DNA of 64,000 nt from Candidatus Undivivens industriae (lineage in GTDB: Bacteria > Omnitrophota > Gorgyraeia > Gygaellales > Profunditerraquicolaceae), in NCBI GenBank assembly GCA_012514745.1, contig JAAYZR010000031.1, positions 1,371 to 65,370 on the forward strand, read 5' to 3'. Position 1 is the stretch's first letter; every line of letters begins with the position of its first letter. Below the pieces are notes generated by a model. The model saw only the letters and a list, made by a program, of their open reading frames with translations. It did not search any database and was not told the origin of the DNA. The position numbers and the translations under genes were made by a program. Positions 50,723-59,146 of the stretch are shown here, piece after piece.

Positions 50723-50838
50723 CCGGGGACACTATACTTAATTATTGCCGGAAGCGCCGCGTATACTCCGAAAAAAGAAAATCGGGAGTTGAGCGCGCTG
50801 CGTGAGTGAGGGGGTAAGTATTTATGGTATCATTCCCA
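50723..50838. repeat. copy 2 of the 116-bp dispersed repeat (95.7% identical to 24513-24628), preceded by 3x tandem AGTCCCCA
   Basis: Direct sequence comparison. The 8-mer tandem lies at 50697-50722. Confidence 0.9.
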
Positions 50839-50857
50839 TGTGCTTACACGGTGCTTC

Positions 50858-50886
50858 TTGTCTTTGCCCCGCAATGATGTTATAAT
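50858..50886 (+). promoter_or_regulatory. sigma70-like promoter (TTGTCT-17-TATAAT) ending 6 nt before the GH1 ATG; the mRNA would be leaderless
   Basis: The -10 hexamer lies at 50881-50886 and the ATG at 50893. Confidence 0.4.
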
Positions 50887-50892
50887 CGCTGC

Positions 50893-52110
50893 ATGATTAA
50901 ATTCCCCCGCGGTTTTCTCTGGGGCGCGGCGACCTCCGCATATCAGGTGGAGGGGGGTAATTCCGCGTCCGACTGGTGGTTATGGGAGAAAGTGACCGGG
51001 CACCGGCAATCCGGCGCGGCCTGCGATCACTATCGTCTCTATGAGCAGGATTTCGATCTGGCGCGCGGACTCTGTCATAACGCGCACCGACTTTCCGTCG
51101 AATGGAGCCGCATAGAACCGCGCGAGGGAAGGTTTTCCCGCAAGGAGCTCAAACATTACCTGGACGTTATTCTTGCGTTGAAGGCGCGCAATATCGAGCC
51201 GATGGTCACCCTGCACCATTTCACCAACCCGCTTTGGTTTTCCAGGTCCGGACGCTGGGAGAAGAACAGTTCGGTCAAGCGTTTCCTCAGGTATTGCGAA
51301 GAGGTCGTAGGGACACTGGCGAAACACGTCCATTACTGGATAACCATAAACGAACCTACCGTTTATATTTCGCACGGTTATATCCTCGGGGTCTGGCCTC
51401 CGCAGGCGCAGTCATATCTGAAGGCGGTCCGGGTCGAGGAGAACCTGGCGGAGGCGCATATCCGCGCTTACCGTCTCATTCACCGCATTTACGGAAAACA
51501 AAACCTGCCGCATCCGGCGGTAAGTATAGCCCAGAACGTCACGGCCTTCGCGCCTTGCAGGCCGCTTCTCAAGGACCGGCTTGCCGCCGCTTTTCGGCAT
51601 AAATGGTATAATCTCGCTTTCCTGGAGAGGGCCGCTCGAGAGAAGACGCTTGATTTCATCGGGCTTAATTATTATTCCCGCCAACTGGTGCACCTGTCAG
51701 GCAGCGGTCCGGCCAACTTCGTTTTCGACGTCTGCAAGAAGAACCACCATCCGGTAAAAAGGAATTCGCTGGGATGGGATATCTATCCCAAGGGGCTTTA
51801 CGATATCCTTATGGATATTAAAAGGTACCGTCTGCCCGTGATCATTACGGAAAACGGGATCTGCACTTCCGACGACGCGCTGCGCTGGGAATACATCCGC
51901 GGGCATCTGAAAAGTGTTCACCGCGCCGTTTCCGGAGGCGTTAACGTTAAAGGATATCTTTACTGGTCGCTGCTGGATAATTTCGAATGGGACAAAGGGT
52001 TTCGCCCGAGGTTCGGATTGATAGGCGTGGATTACAGGACGCAGAAGAGAAGGATACGCAAAAGCGCCGAAGAATTCGCTTCGGTTTGTTCGAGCGGGAT
52101 CCTGAAGTAG
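50893..52110 (+). CDS. glycoside hydrolase family 1 beta-glucosidase
   Basis: FLWGAATSAYQVEGG N-terminal signature, TINEP acid/base and ITENG nucleophile motifs. Confidence 0.9.
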   Translation: MIKFPRGFLWGAATSAYQVEGGNSASDWWLWEKVTGHRQSGAACDHYRLYEQDFDLARGLCHNAHRLSVEWSRIEPREGRFSRKELKHYLDVILALKARNIEPMVTLHHFTNPLWFSRSGRWEKNSSVKRFLRYCEEVVGTLAKHVHYWITINEPTVYISHGYILGVWPPQAQSYLKAVRVEENLAEAHIRAYRLIHRIYGKQNLPHPAVSIAQNVTAFAPCRPLLKDRLAAAFRHKWYNLAFLERAAREKTLDFIGLNYYSRQLVHLSGSGPANFVFDVCKKNHHPVKRNSLGWDIYPKGLYDILMDIKRYRLPVIITENGICTSDDALRWEYIRGHLKSVHRAVSGGVNVKGYLYWSLLDNFEWDKGFRPRFGLIGVDYRTQKRRIRKSAEEFASVCSSGILK

Positions 52111-52193
52111 GCGCCGCTCTTTATTTTGCCGGTCGAGGCCCGGGACTGCCTGATATTACGCGCCGGCGGCGGACTTTATGAGGCTGGAAGAAA

Positions 52194-53771
52194 ATGGATA
52201 ATAGCGAAAAGAAAACCGGTTGTTTTAACGCCTGCGATTTCCGGCAGCTGGCGGAGATCTCCGGCATATTGGTCTGGGTTACGGACAGCGACGGCAGGTA
52301 TATTTATGTCAGCCGGGAGGTATCCGATATACTCGGGATAGAGCCCCGGGAGATCATAGGCCGCAGTGTAAAAGATTTTCTGTTTTTCGGTCCGGAGGAG
52401 AAGCACGCGGTATCGATCGCCGCGAAACTGTCCGCCAGGGAGGCTTTTTCCCGTCTTGAGATCGAAGGCCGGCGTAAGGACGGCAGCCAGGTCTTCCTTG
52501 AAATAAGCGCTCTTCCCGTGTCGGACGATAGAGGCTGTTTTTGCGGGTTCAGCGGCATAGTCAAGGATATTAGCGGATACAAACAGGCGGAAAACGGACT
52601 GCGCAGCAACCAGGAATTCATAAAATCCATAATACAGAATTCCGCCGTGGCTACCTTCGTCATTACCGCCGAGCATAAGGTCATCTACTGGAACAGGGCC
52701 TGCGAAGAACTTACCGGGATCAAAGCCTCCGAAGTGCTCGACACCAATATGCATTGGAGGGCTTTCTACAAATCGCAGAGGCCATGCGTGGCGGACATCA
52801 TAATAGACGGCAGCGCCGCAGACATGGCCAGGCTTTATCCTGTGCAGTCGCGTTCCGAGTTCGTCGAAGGCGGGCTGCACTCGGAGGGGTGGTATATAAA
52901 TCTCGGCGGTAAGGACAGGTACATCATTTTTGACGCCGCCCCGATCTTCGACGCAGACGGGAGCGTGGTGGCAGCGATCGAGACTCTGCAGGACATCACG
53001 GAGAGCAAGAAGGCGCAGGAAGAGCTTGCCGAGGCATACCGTCAGCTTAAGGTTTATCAGGCTCAGCTTATTCAGGCGGCCAAGATGGATACGGTGGGGA
53101 CGCTGGCCAGCGGAATCGCGCATGAGGTGAAAAACCCGCTGGCGGTCATCCTGCAGGGGATCGAATATCTTTCCCGTAATATACCGTTCGATAACAAAGA
53201 AAACCGTATGGTGCTGGGTTTTATAAGCGAGGCGGTCGGCCGGGCGGACAGGATAATAAAAGGACTACTGGATTTTTCCAGTCTGACCGAGATGCGCATT
53301 GAGTCTCAGCCGCTGGAGGCGGTGATAGACAGCGCTTTGCTGCTGGTAAAGAACGCTCTGGACAGGAAAAAGGTCCGGGTCGTTAAAAACCTGGCGCCGG
53401 ATATGCCCTCGGCCATGATAGACAGGAATAAATTCGAGCAGGTCCTGGTTAATCTTTTTATGAATGCCGTAGATGTTATGCCTGAGCACGGGGAATTGAT
53501 CATAAGAGGTTACGGGAGCGCGGCCGGCCTGGGAGAAGACGCGGACAGCCGCGCGGCGGTGCTGGAGATAGAAGATAACGGCCCGGGGATACCGGAAGAA
53601 AATCTGGATAAGATTTTCGACCCGTTCTTTACCACCAAGCGCCGAAGAGGAGGCAGCGGTCTGGGGTTGTCAATAGTGCGCAACATAATAGATATGCACG
53701 GAGGCAGGATCAGCTTGAACAACAGGGTCGGTTCGCGCGGCGTAATAGTTCAAATGGTGCTGGTAGTTTAA
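52194..53771 (+). CDS. cytoplasmic sensor histidine kinase with two PAS domains + HisKA + HATPase_c
   Basis: PAS folds ([16 protein letters not shown]...; [16 protein letters not shown]...). H-box [14 protein letters not shown] boxes [24 protein letters not shown]. Confidence 0.85.
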   Translation: MDNSEKKTGCFNACDFRQLAEISGILVWVTDSDGRYIYVSREVSDILGIEPREIIGRSVKDFLFFGPEEKHAVSIAAKLSAREAFSRLEIEGRRKDGSQVFLEISALPVSDDRGCFCGFSGIVKDISGYKQAENGLRSNQEFIKSIIQNSAVATFVITAEHKVIYWNRACEELTGIKASEVLDTNMHWRAFYKSQRPCVADIIIDGSAADMARLYPVQSRSEFVEGGLHSEGWYINLGGKDRYIIFDAAPIFDADGSVVAAIETLQDITESKKAQEELAEAYRQLKVYQAQLIQAAKMDTVGTLASGIAHEVKNPLAVILQGIEYLSRNIPFDNKENRMVLGFISEAVGRADRIIKGLLDFSSLTEMRIESQPLEAVIDSALLLVKNALDRKKVRVVKNLAPDMPSAMIDRNKFEQVLVNLFMNAVDVMPEHGELIIRGYGSAAGLGEDADSRAAVLEIEDNGPGIPEENLDKIFDPFFTTKRRRGGSGLGLSIVRNIIDMHGGRISLNNRVGSRGVIVQMVLVV

Positions 53772-53811
53772 TCCCCTCGCCCAGAAAACCCCGGGTTTTA
53801 ACCCGGGGGGT

Positions 53812-54025
53812 ACCTTAGCCAATCGGAATAACACCCTGCCCTTAAAGGAGAGGCAGGTGTTCACCAGTGTGAAAGTATACACCTGTGTGTTATACCTTGG
53901 CCAATGGGAATAACACTTTGCCCTTGTGGGGAATTGGGCAAGTGTTCACCAGTGTAAAAGTATTCGCTCGTGCGGTACACCTTAGCTTATTGGAAAGCTA
54001 AGTGTTCACTCGTGTGAAGCTTCGG
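53812..54025 (+). repeat. tandem array of about 2.5 structured repeat units (82, 85 and 47 bp), each ACCTTRGCC..hairpin..GTGTTCACYNGTGTRAA
   Basis: Units start at 53812, 53894 and 53979. Internal hairpins carry compensatory substitutions (ccctgcc/ggcagg vs tttgccc/gggcaa). Confidence 0.8.
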
Positions 54026-54070
54026 GGAGGTTGCCGGAATAAGCAGCCAGCCGAATAATCGCTGTGTACC

Positions 54071-54200
54071 GGCGAAGCATTGGCTTCGCCGGAAAATAGA
54101 AGGAGCCGCGGGCTTTAGCCCGAGGGGCTCCACTCGAACCGCAGAGATCCGCGGCTTATCCAAGGATTAGCCCGGGCTTGAAGCCCGGGGAGTTTCATTC
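54071..54200. repeat. cluster of three GC-hairpins (ggcgaagc-attg-gcttcgcc; gcgggctttagcccg; agcccgggcttgaagcccgggg+AGTTTCATT)
   Basis: Perfect 8-bp and 7-bp stems. The last is a CCCGG-family member ending 19 nt before the receiver start. Confidence 0.6.
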
Positions 54201-54218
54201 AAAACGAGGGAGGGTACG

Positions 54219-54590
54219 GTGCCTAAAAAAGTGCTGTTGATAGACGATGAAGCGGCTTTCACTCAACTGGTTAAACTCAACCTGGAGAAGACCGGGAAAT
54301 ACGAAGTGCGGGTGGAAAATCAGGGCGCGATGGGGTTGTCTTCGGCTATACAATTCAAACCGGATATGATATTGCTGGATATCGTGATGCCGGATACGGA
54401 CGGTTCCGATGTGGCCATGCAGTTGTCCGAGAACAGCATGACCAGGGATATCCCGATAGTCTTTCTGACCGCGATAGTGGAAAAAGAGGAGGTTGACGAC
54501 AACAATAATATGATCGGCGGCAGGAAATTCCTTGCGAAACCGGTGAATCTGGCGGAATTGATGAGATGCATAGACTCGTCTGTTAAATGA
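54219..54590 (+). CDS. stand-alone response regulator receiver (paralog of the 17279-17689 gene; both carry an NNNM insertion)
   Basis: GTG start with a GAGGGAGG Shine-Dalgarno. KVLLIDDE...ILLDIVMPDTDGSD...FLTA...LAKP. Confidence 0.85.
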   Translation: MPKKVLLIDDEAAFTQLVKLNLEKTGKYEVRVENQGAMGLSSAIQFKPDMILLDIVMPDTDGSDVAMQLSENSMTRDIPIVFLTAIVEKEEVDDNNNMIGGRKFLAKPVNLAELMRCIDSSVK

Positions 54591-54613
54591 CGGCCTTACC
54601 GTGGCGGTAATCA

Positions 54614-54641
54614 TTGACAAACGCCCGCGGGGAGCTATAAT
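54614..54641 (+). promoter_or_regulatory. sigma70-like promoter (TTGACA-16-TATAAT)
   Basis: Consensus hexamers. Located between the receiver gene and the radical SAM gene. Confidence 0.5.
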
Positions 54642-54761
54642 AATGTAAAGAGTTAATAATCGGCGGCCCGCGTTGGAAGGAATAAATCCGGGACCTTAAA
54701 AAAACGGGACCAGAGCCTTTTGGGGGCGAAGTTCCGTTAACGGCGCCGCAAGACGCCATAA

Positions 54762-54799
54762 AACCTTCGCTTTCAGGAGCGGAGGTTTTTGTTTTTTTT
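54762..54799 (+). terminator. intrinsic terminator/attenuator hairpin (aaccttcgc-tttcagga-gcggaggtt + T-run) in the leader of the radical SAM gene
   Basis: 9-bp stem with one G-U pair, followed by tttttgtttttttt, about 45 nt before the ATG at 54845. Confidence 0.5.
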
Positions 54800-54844
54800 A
54801 AGGCAGGGCGTTCTCCCGCCCGCCGCAAGAAAGGGAGCAGGCGC

Positions 54845-55981
54845 ATGGTCCTCATCAGGAAGATCCCGGATACAGGGGAGAAACTAAGCATACTTTCACG
54901 CGATTCGCAGTATGATCTTGCCTGTGCCTGCGCCACCCGGGAGGACGAGCACCGCCGGCGTTCCAAAGACGGCAAATGGATATATCCGGTGACGCTGCCC
55001 GGCGGAGGGACGACATTTCTTTTCAAGACGCTCCTCTCCAATCAATGCGTTAACGACTGCAAATACTGTCCGCTGCGCGCCGGTTCTCCGGCCGCGCGTT
55101 GTTCTCTGGCGCCGGAAGAGGCCGCCAGGGTGTTTTTCTCGTATTACAGAGCGGGAAAGGTCAGCGGCCTTTTCTTGAGCAGCGCGGTCTGCGGCAGTCC
55201 GGACGCCAGCATGGAGAATATCAACCGGGTTGCTCTTTTATTGCGCAGGGAGCGTTTCAGGGGTTACATACACCTGAAGATAATCCCCGGTGCTTCGGAG
55301 AACGCTATCAGGCAGAGTCTTTCTCTGGCCAGCGCGGTTTCTCTGAATATAGAGACGGCCGGGGAGGGTAATTTCAGGCATTTCGGCAAAGGCAAGGATT
55401 ACATTAAGGATATAATCAGGCCGCTGGAATTCATCAGCCGTTTCAGGCGTAACTGTTCCGGCGGACGCAGGATCAAACAGACCACGCAGTTCGTGGTGGG
55501 CGCTTCCCGGGAGACGGACGAAGAGATTATCGGCTGTTCTTCCCGGCTATACGGGAGCCTGGGGCTGTCGAGGATATATTTCAGTTCTTATCAGAGGGGA
55601 GAAGGCGATCCTTCTTTGCCCGGAGAGAGTTCCTCATACAGCAACGAGGAAATGCTGACGCGTGAGCACCGGCTTTACCAGGCGGACTGGCTGATGCGTA
55701 AATACGGGTTCCGCGCCGAGGAGATACCTCTGGGGCCGGATGGGAATCTTTCCCTGGATGCCGATCCTAAAGCGGTGTGGGCGCGCAGGCATCCGGAATT
55801 CTTTCCGGTAGAGGTGAACAGCGCCTCTGCGTCGCGGCTGCTGCGCGTGCCCGGACTGGGGCTGACGGCGGTGGAGAGGATAATGCAGTTGAGGCGGGAA
55901 GGCGTAAGGCTGCGTTCCCTTGCGCCCGCGGTTAAACGCGGAAAAATACTGAAGCAGGCGGAGAAATATGTTGTTTTTTAA
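54845..55981 (+). CDS. putative DNA modification/repair radical SAM protein (CxxxCxxC plus C-terminal helix-hairpin-helix)
   Basis: SNQCVNDCKYCP radical-SAM cluster. C-terminal VNSASASRLLRVPGLGLTAVERIM HhH motif typical of this family. Confidence 0.65.
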   Translation: MVLIRKIPDTGEKLSILSRDSQYDLACACATREDEHRRRSKDGKWIYPVTLPGGGTTFLFKTLLSNQCVNDCKYCPLRAGSPAARCSLAPEEAARVFFSYYRAGKVSGLFLSSAVCGSPDASMENINRVALLLRRERFRGYIHLKIIPGASENAIRQSLSLASAVSLNIETAGEGNFRHFGKGKDYIKDIIRPLEFISRFRRNCSGGRRIKQTTQFVVGASRETDEEIIGCSSRLYGSLGLSRIYFSSYQRGEGDPSLPGESSSYSNEEMLTREHRLYQADWLMRKYGFRAEEIPLGPDGNLSLDADPKAVWARRHPEFFPVEVNSASASRLLRVPGLGLTAVERIMQLRREGVRLRSLAPAVKRGKILKQAEKYVVF

Positions 55982-56017
55982 TCCCCTCGCCCAGAGATCT
56001 TCGGGTTCAAGGATAGT

Positions 56018-57118
56018 ATGCTAAGATTGTTCTGTTGTTTTCTTATTCTGCAAATCGTCTTTTCTCCGGCGTCTTCCTTTGCGTCCGCGCCGCCGCGCCG
56101 CGGCCTTTTCGTTTCGGTGATCCAGGATCCGCCTGTGCTCTCAAACCGGGCGGATATGGAAAGACTGCTGGACTTTGCGGTGAAAACGCGCATAAACATT
56201 CTTTTCGTGCAGGTCTATCGGGCGGGCCTGGCGTGGTTCCCTTCCCGCGGCGCCGACGCGTCTCCTTATTATGAATGTCTGGATAAAGCCGGAGTCGATC
56301 CGCTCGCGTTCCTCATAGAGGAGGCGCACAAAAGAGGGATAGAGGTGCACGCCTGGATGAATATGCTCAGCCTTAGCCGCAACGAAAACGCGTTTTTCCT
56401 GCGTAAATACGGAACGGGCGTGTTGACCAGGAACATTCTGCCCAAGAAAGGCCTGCGCGACTACCGGATAGACGGCCAGTATTTTCTGGAGCCGGGCGAC
56501 CCCCGGGTGCGCGAAGAACTTTGCGATATCGTGGAAGAAGCGGCGCGTTATTATCCGGCACTGGACGGCATACAACTTGATTACATCCGTTATCCCGATT
56601 CCAGGCCTTTCTACGGGCATACGTCGGCCAACGAGGAGCGCTTCAAGAAAGAGACCGGGATAGAGCCGATAACGGAAGATAACAGGCAGTGGCGTGTCTG
56701 GAAACGCGCCCAGGTAACAGATCTGCTGGATCTCCTCGTCAGGAGGATCCGTTCAGTCCGGCCCGGGATCCAGGTCTCGGCCACCGGCTGCGCTCCTTAC
56801 TGCCGCGCCTATGAAGAGGCGTTCCAGGATTGGCCTTCCTGGTTGTCCCGCGGGACGGTGGATTTCGTGACCTTGATGGATTATTCTCATTATCCGCGGG
56901 AATTCAAGAAGTGTATTCTTGAACTGAAGGATAAACTCTCTTCCTGGGATAAGGTCACTATCGGTATAGGCGCTTATAAACTGGTCGGCTTGCCGTTGAC
57001 TTTCAGCGAAGAACTGGATTATTGCCGCCGGGAGAGGGGATTGTCGTATGCCGTTTTTCATTACGGCAGCCTGCTGGAGGACCCGGCGATTGCCGGGTTG
57101 ATGACCGCGGAGCATTGA
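56018..57118 (+). CDS. secreted GH-like family 10 (GHL10/DUF187) TIM-barrel protein
   Basis: Signal peptide MLRLFCCFLILQIVFSPASSFASA. HAWMNM, LDGIQLDYIRYP blocks. Confidence 0.55.
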   Translation: MLRLFCCFLILQIVFSPASSFASAPPRRGLFVSVIQDPPVLSNRADMERLLDFAVKTRINILFVQVYRAGLAWFPSRGADASPYYECLDKAGVDPLAFLIEEAHKRGIEVHAWMNMLSLSRNENAFFLRKYGTGVLTRNILPKKGLRDYRIDGQYFLEPGDPRVREELCDIVEEAARYYPALDGIQLDYIRYPDSRPFYGHTSANEERFKKETGIEPITEDNRQWRVWKRAQVTDLLDLLVRRIRSVRPGIQVSATGCAPYCRAYEEAFQDWPSWLSRGTVDFVTLMDYSHYPREFKKCILELKDKLSSWDKVTIGIGAYKLVGLPLTFSEELDYCRRERGLSYAVFHYGSLLEDPAIAGLMTAEH

Positions 57119-57133
57119 CGGCGGAAATACCAT

Positions 57134-57161
57134 TTGACAAATCTCTCGGGAGCAGTATAAT
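57134..57161 (+). promoter_or_regulatory. sigma70-like promoter (TTGACA-16-TATAAT) for the cold-shock gene leader
   Basis: Consensus hexamers about 180 nt before the csp ATG. Confidence 0.5.
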
Positions 57162-57190
57162 AACACAGTGGATATTCATGGTGGAGTTTG

Positions 57191-57237
57191 AATCCGGCAG
57201 GTCTCAACCATAGCGCCTGCCGGATTTTATTTTTTTA
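57191..57237 (+). terminator. strong hairpin (aatccggcagg...cctgccggatt) plus U-run inside the csp 5' leader, a possible cold-responsive attenuator
   Basis: 11-bp stem followed by ttattttttt, about 30 nt after the predicted TSS. Confidence 0.5.
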
Positions 57238-57342
57238 CAGGGCGCGTAGTCAAAAAGAAAGGGGGCAGCCGGCCTCTGCAAAAAGTTCGCGGTAAAAATG
57301 ATAACATTGTGAGAAACGCAGCAGCTTTAATAAGGAGTACAC

Positions 57343-57555
57343 ATGCATACAGGAAAAGTGAAGAAATTGGTGGCGGATAGAGGATTTGGTTTTATAAGCG
57401 ACACCGACGGAAGAGAAGTGTTTTTTCATCAGTCAAGCCTGATAGACGCCAGATTCGATTCTCTAAGCGAAGGCCAGGACGTGGAATTCGAAGTGGAGAA
57501 GTCTCCAAAAGGGCCCAGGGCGATAAACGTCAAGATAGCGGCTAAACAGGAATAA
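57343..57555 (+). CDS. cspA: cold-shock protein (CspA family)
   Basis: GKVKKLVADRGFGFISDTDGREVFFHQS... RNP1/RNP2 motifs. Confidence 0.9.
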   Translation: MHTGKVKKLVADRGFGFISDTDGREVFFHQSSLIDARFDSLSEGQDVEFEVEKSPKGPRAINVKIAAKQE

Positions 57556-57709
57556 CAGCGGCAGTTTAACAGGGGGATTCGCGGCACACCAGCGTGTATA
57601 CGGCCGGCAGGGAATGACTCGATATCTTTATCACCTCCCGGCGTGACAAGATTAGCGAATAAGGAGCCGTAAAGGGGCAGTTCACTAACCTTTACGGCTT
57701 TTTGTCATT

Positions 57710-58792
57710 ATGGACAGAGATTTCTCCAATTTCATGCTCGGAAATCTAAGAGTAGAAATACCCATTATCCAGGGCGGGATGGGGGTGCGGGTTTCTTCTT
57801 TTGGGTTGGCCTCGGCCGTTTCTAATGAGGGCGGATTGGGCGTTATCGCGGCCGTCGCCCTCGGCGAAGACGAGACGGGCGCCGGATGCGATTATAAGGC
57901 CCGTTCCCGGAATTCCCTGATAGATAACATCAGAAAAACCCGCTCTTTGACCGGCAAACCGTTCGGCGTCAACATAATGTGCGCTCTCAGCAATTATGAC
58001 GATCTGGTCGACGCTTCCCAATCGGAAGGGGTGGATGTGATCATTTCCGGGGCCGGACTGCCGTTGAAACTGCCTGCTTTGATAAAGAACGGCAGGACCA
58101 AGCTTGTGCCTATCGTATCTTCGGCGAGGGCCGCGTATTTGATTTGCAGCGTGTGGAAGCGGAGGTATAACCGGGTTCCGGACGCTTTGATCGTGGAAGG
58201 CCCGCTGGCCGGCGGCCATCTCGGATTCAGCAATGAGGAGTTGGCGGACGGGAAAAATGTCAACCTGGACGGCATACTCAGCGAAGTGATCTCTATCGCC
58301 GCGGGTTTTCCCGGGCCTGAAGGGAAGATACCGGTTATAGCGGCCGGCGGTATTTTTGACGGGGAGGATATTTCCAGGGTCATACGCCTGGGCGCCGGAG
58401 CCGTGCAGATGGCCACCAGATTCGTGTGCACCCATGAGTGCGATGCCGATTACGGGTATAAAGCCGCGTATTTGTCGGCCGGTAAGGAAGATATCACGGT
58501 CATCCGAAGCCCTGTCGGCCTGCCCGGCAGAGTGATCCGCAATCAATTCGTGGAAAAAATAAGCAGGGGAGAACGTATCGATTTCGGCTGCGTTTATAAA
58601 TGTCTTTCTACTTGTGACCCGGAAAAAGCCAATTATTGTATCGCTAAGGCGTTGATTAACGCCTCCAAAGGCAGGATGGATAAAGGATTCGCGATGTGCG
58701 GGAGCAACGCTTACCGCATAAATAAGATCGTATCCGTCAAGGAATTGTTCCGTGAATTAGTGGAAGGGGCGCGTAAATGTTTAAAAAAGTGA
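57710..58792 (+). CDS. nitronate monooxygenase family FMN oxidoreductase (FabK/2-nitropropane dioxygenase-like)
   Basis: IIQGGMGVRVSS...VIAAGGIFDGEDI and a TIM-barrel NMO pattern. Confidence 0.7.
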   Translation: MDRDFSNFMLGNLRVEIPIIQGGMGVRVSSFGLASAVSNEGGLGVIAAVALGEDETGAGCDYKARSRNSLIDNIRKTRSLTGKPFGVNIMCALSNYDDLVDASQSEGVDVIISGAGLPLKLPALIKNGRTKLVPIVSSARAAYLICSVWKRRYNRVPDALIVEGPLAGGHLGFSNEELADGKNVNLDGILSEVISIAAGFPGPEGKIPVIAAGGIFDGEDISRVIRLGAGAVQMATRFVCTHECDADYGYKAAYLSAGKEDITVIRSPVGLPGRVIRNQFVEKISRGERIDFGCVYKCLSTCDPEKANYCIAKALINASKGRMDKGFAMCGSNAYRINKIVSVKELFRELVEGARKCLKK

Positions 58793-58944
58793 AAAGCTAT
58801 CCCAAAGGCCGGAAATGCCGTTTCCCTGCCTGCGGTAAGATCCTGAGCATATATAATCAGGGGGAATATTGCCACGTGCACCAGGGATACATCGACAACG
58901 CCGCCTTTAAAAAAACCGGCAAGATTAAGTCCGGCCGCAAATAA
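58777..58944 (+). CDS. small (55 aa) Cys/His-rich putative zinc-ribbon protein overlapping the NMO stop
   Basis: ATG 58777 in the +1 frame: MFKKVKSYPKGRKCRFPACGKILSIYNQGEYCHVHQGYIDNAAFKKTGKIKSGRK. C-x4-C...C-H-x-H spacing. Not in the ORF track because it is under 60 aa. Confidence 0.35.
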   Translation: MFKKVKSYPKGRKCRFPACGKILSIYNQGEYCHVHQGYIDNAAFKKTGKIKSGRK

Positions 58945-59146
58945 ACGATTCGCGATGCCTCACAAGCAGAAAGCCGGATCGTGAGCCTACTGTTCCGGCA
59001 TTCTTATCCCATATCACGTCATCTCTGACGGCGATTCGGTTACCAAACCCGCCTGAGTTTTACTTGTATATATATAAAGTTTATGGACGGATGCGCCGCT
59101 TTTCCGTTTTGCCGCCAACGGGGCGGCTGACGGTAACGATAGAGCG

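Noticed and set aside
53812-54025. Possible CRISPR array
   Set aside because: Repeat units are 82-85 bp and near-contiguous with internal hairpins. There is no 28-37-bp direct repeat alternating with unique spacers, and no cas genes in the window.
57181-57237. tRNA-like T-arm (GAGTTTGAATCCGGCAGG) in the csp leader
   Set aside because: Only a partial TTCGAATCC-like match. No acceptor, D or anticodon arms can be built. Better explained as a terminator/attenuator hairpin.
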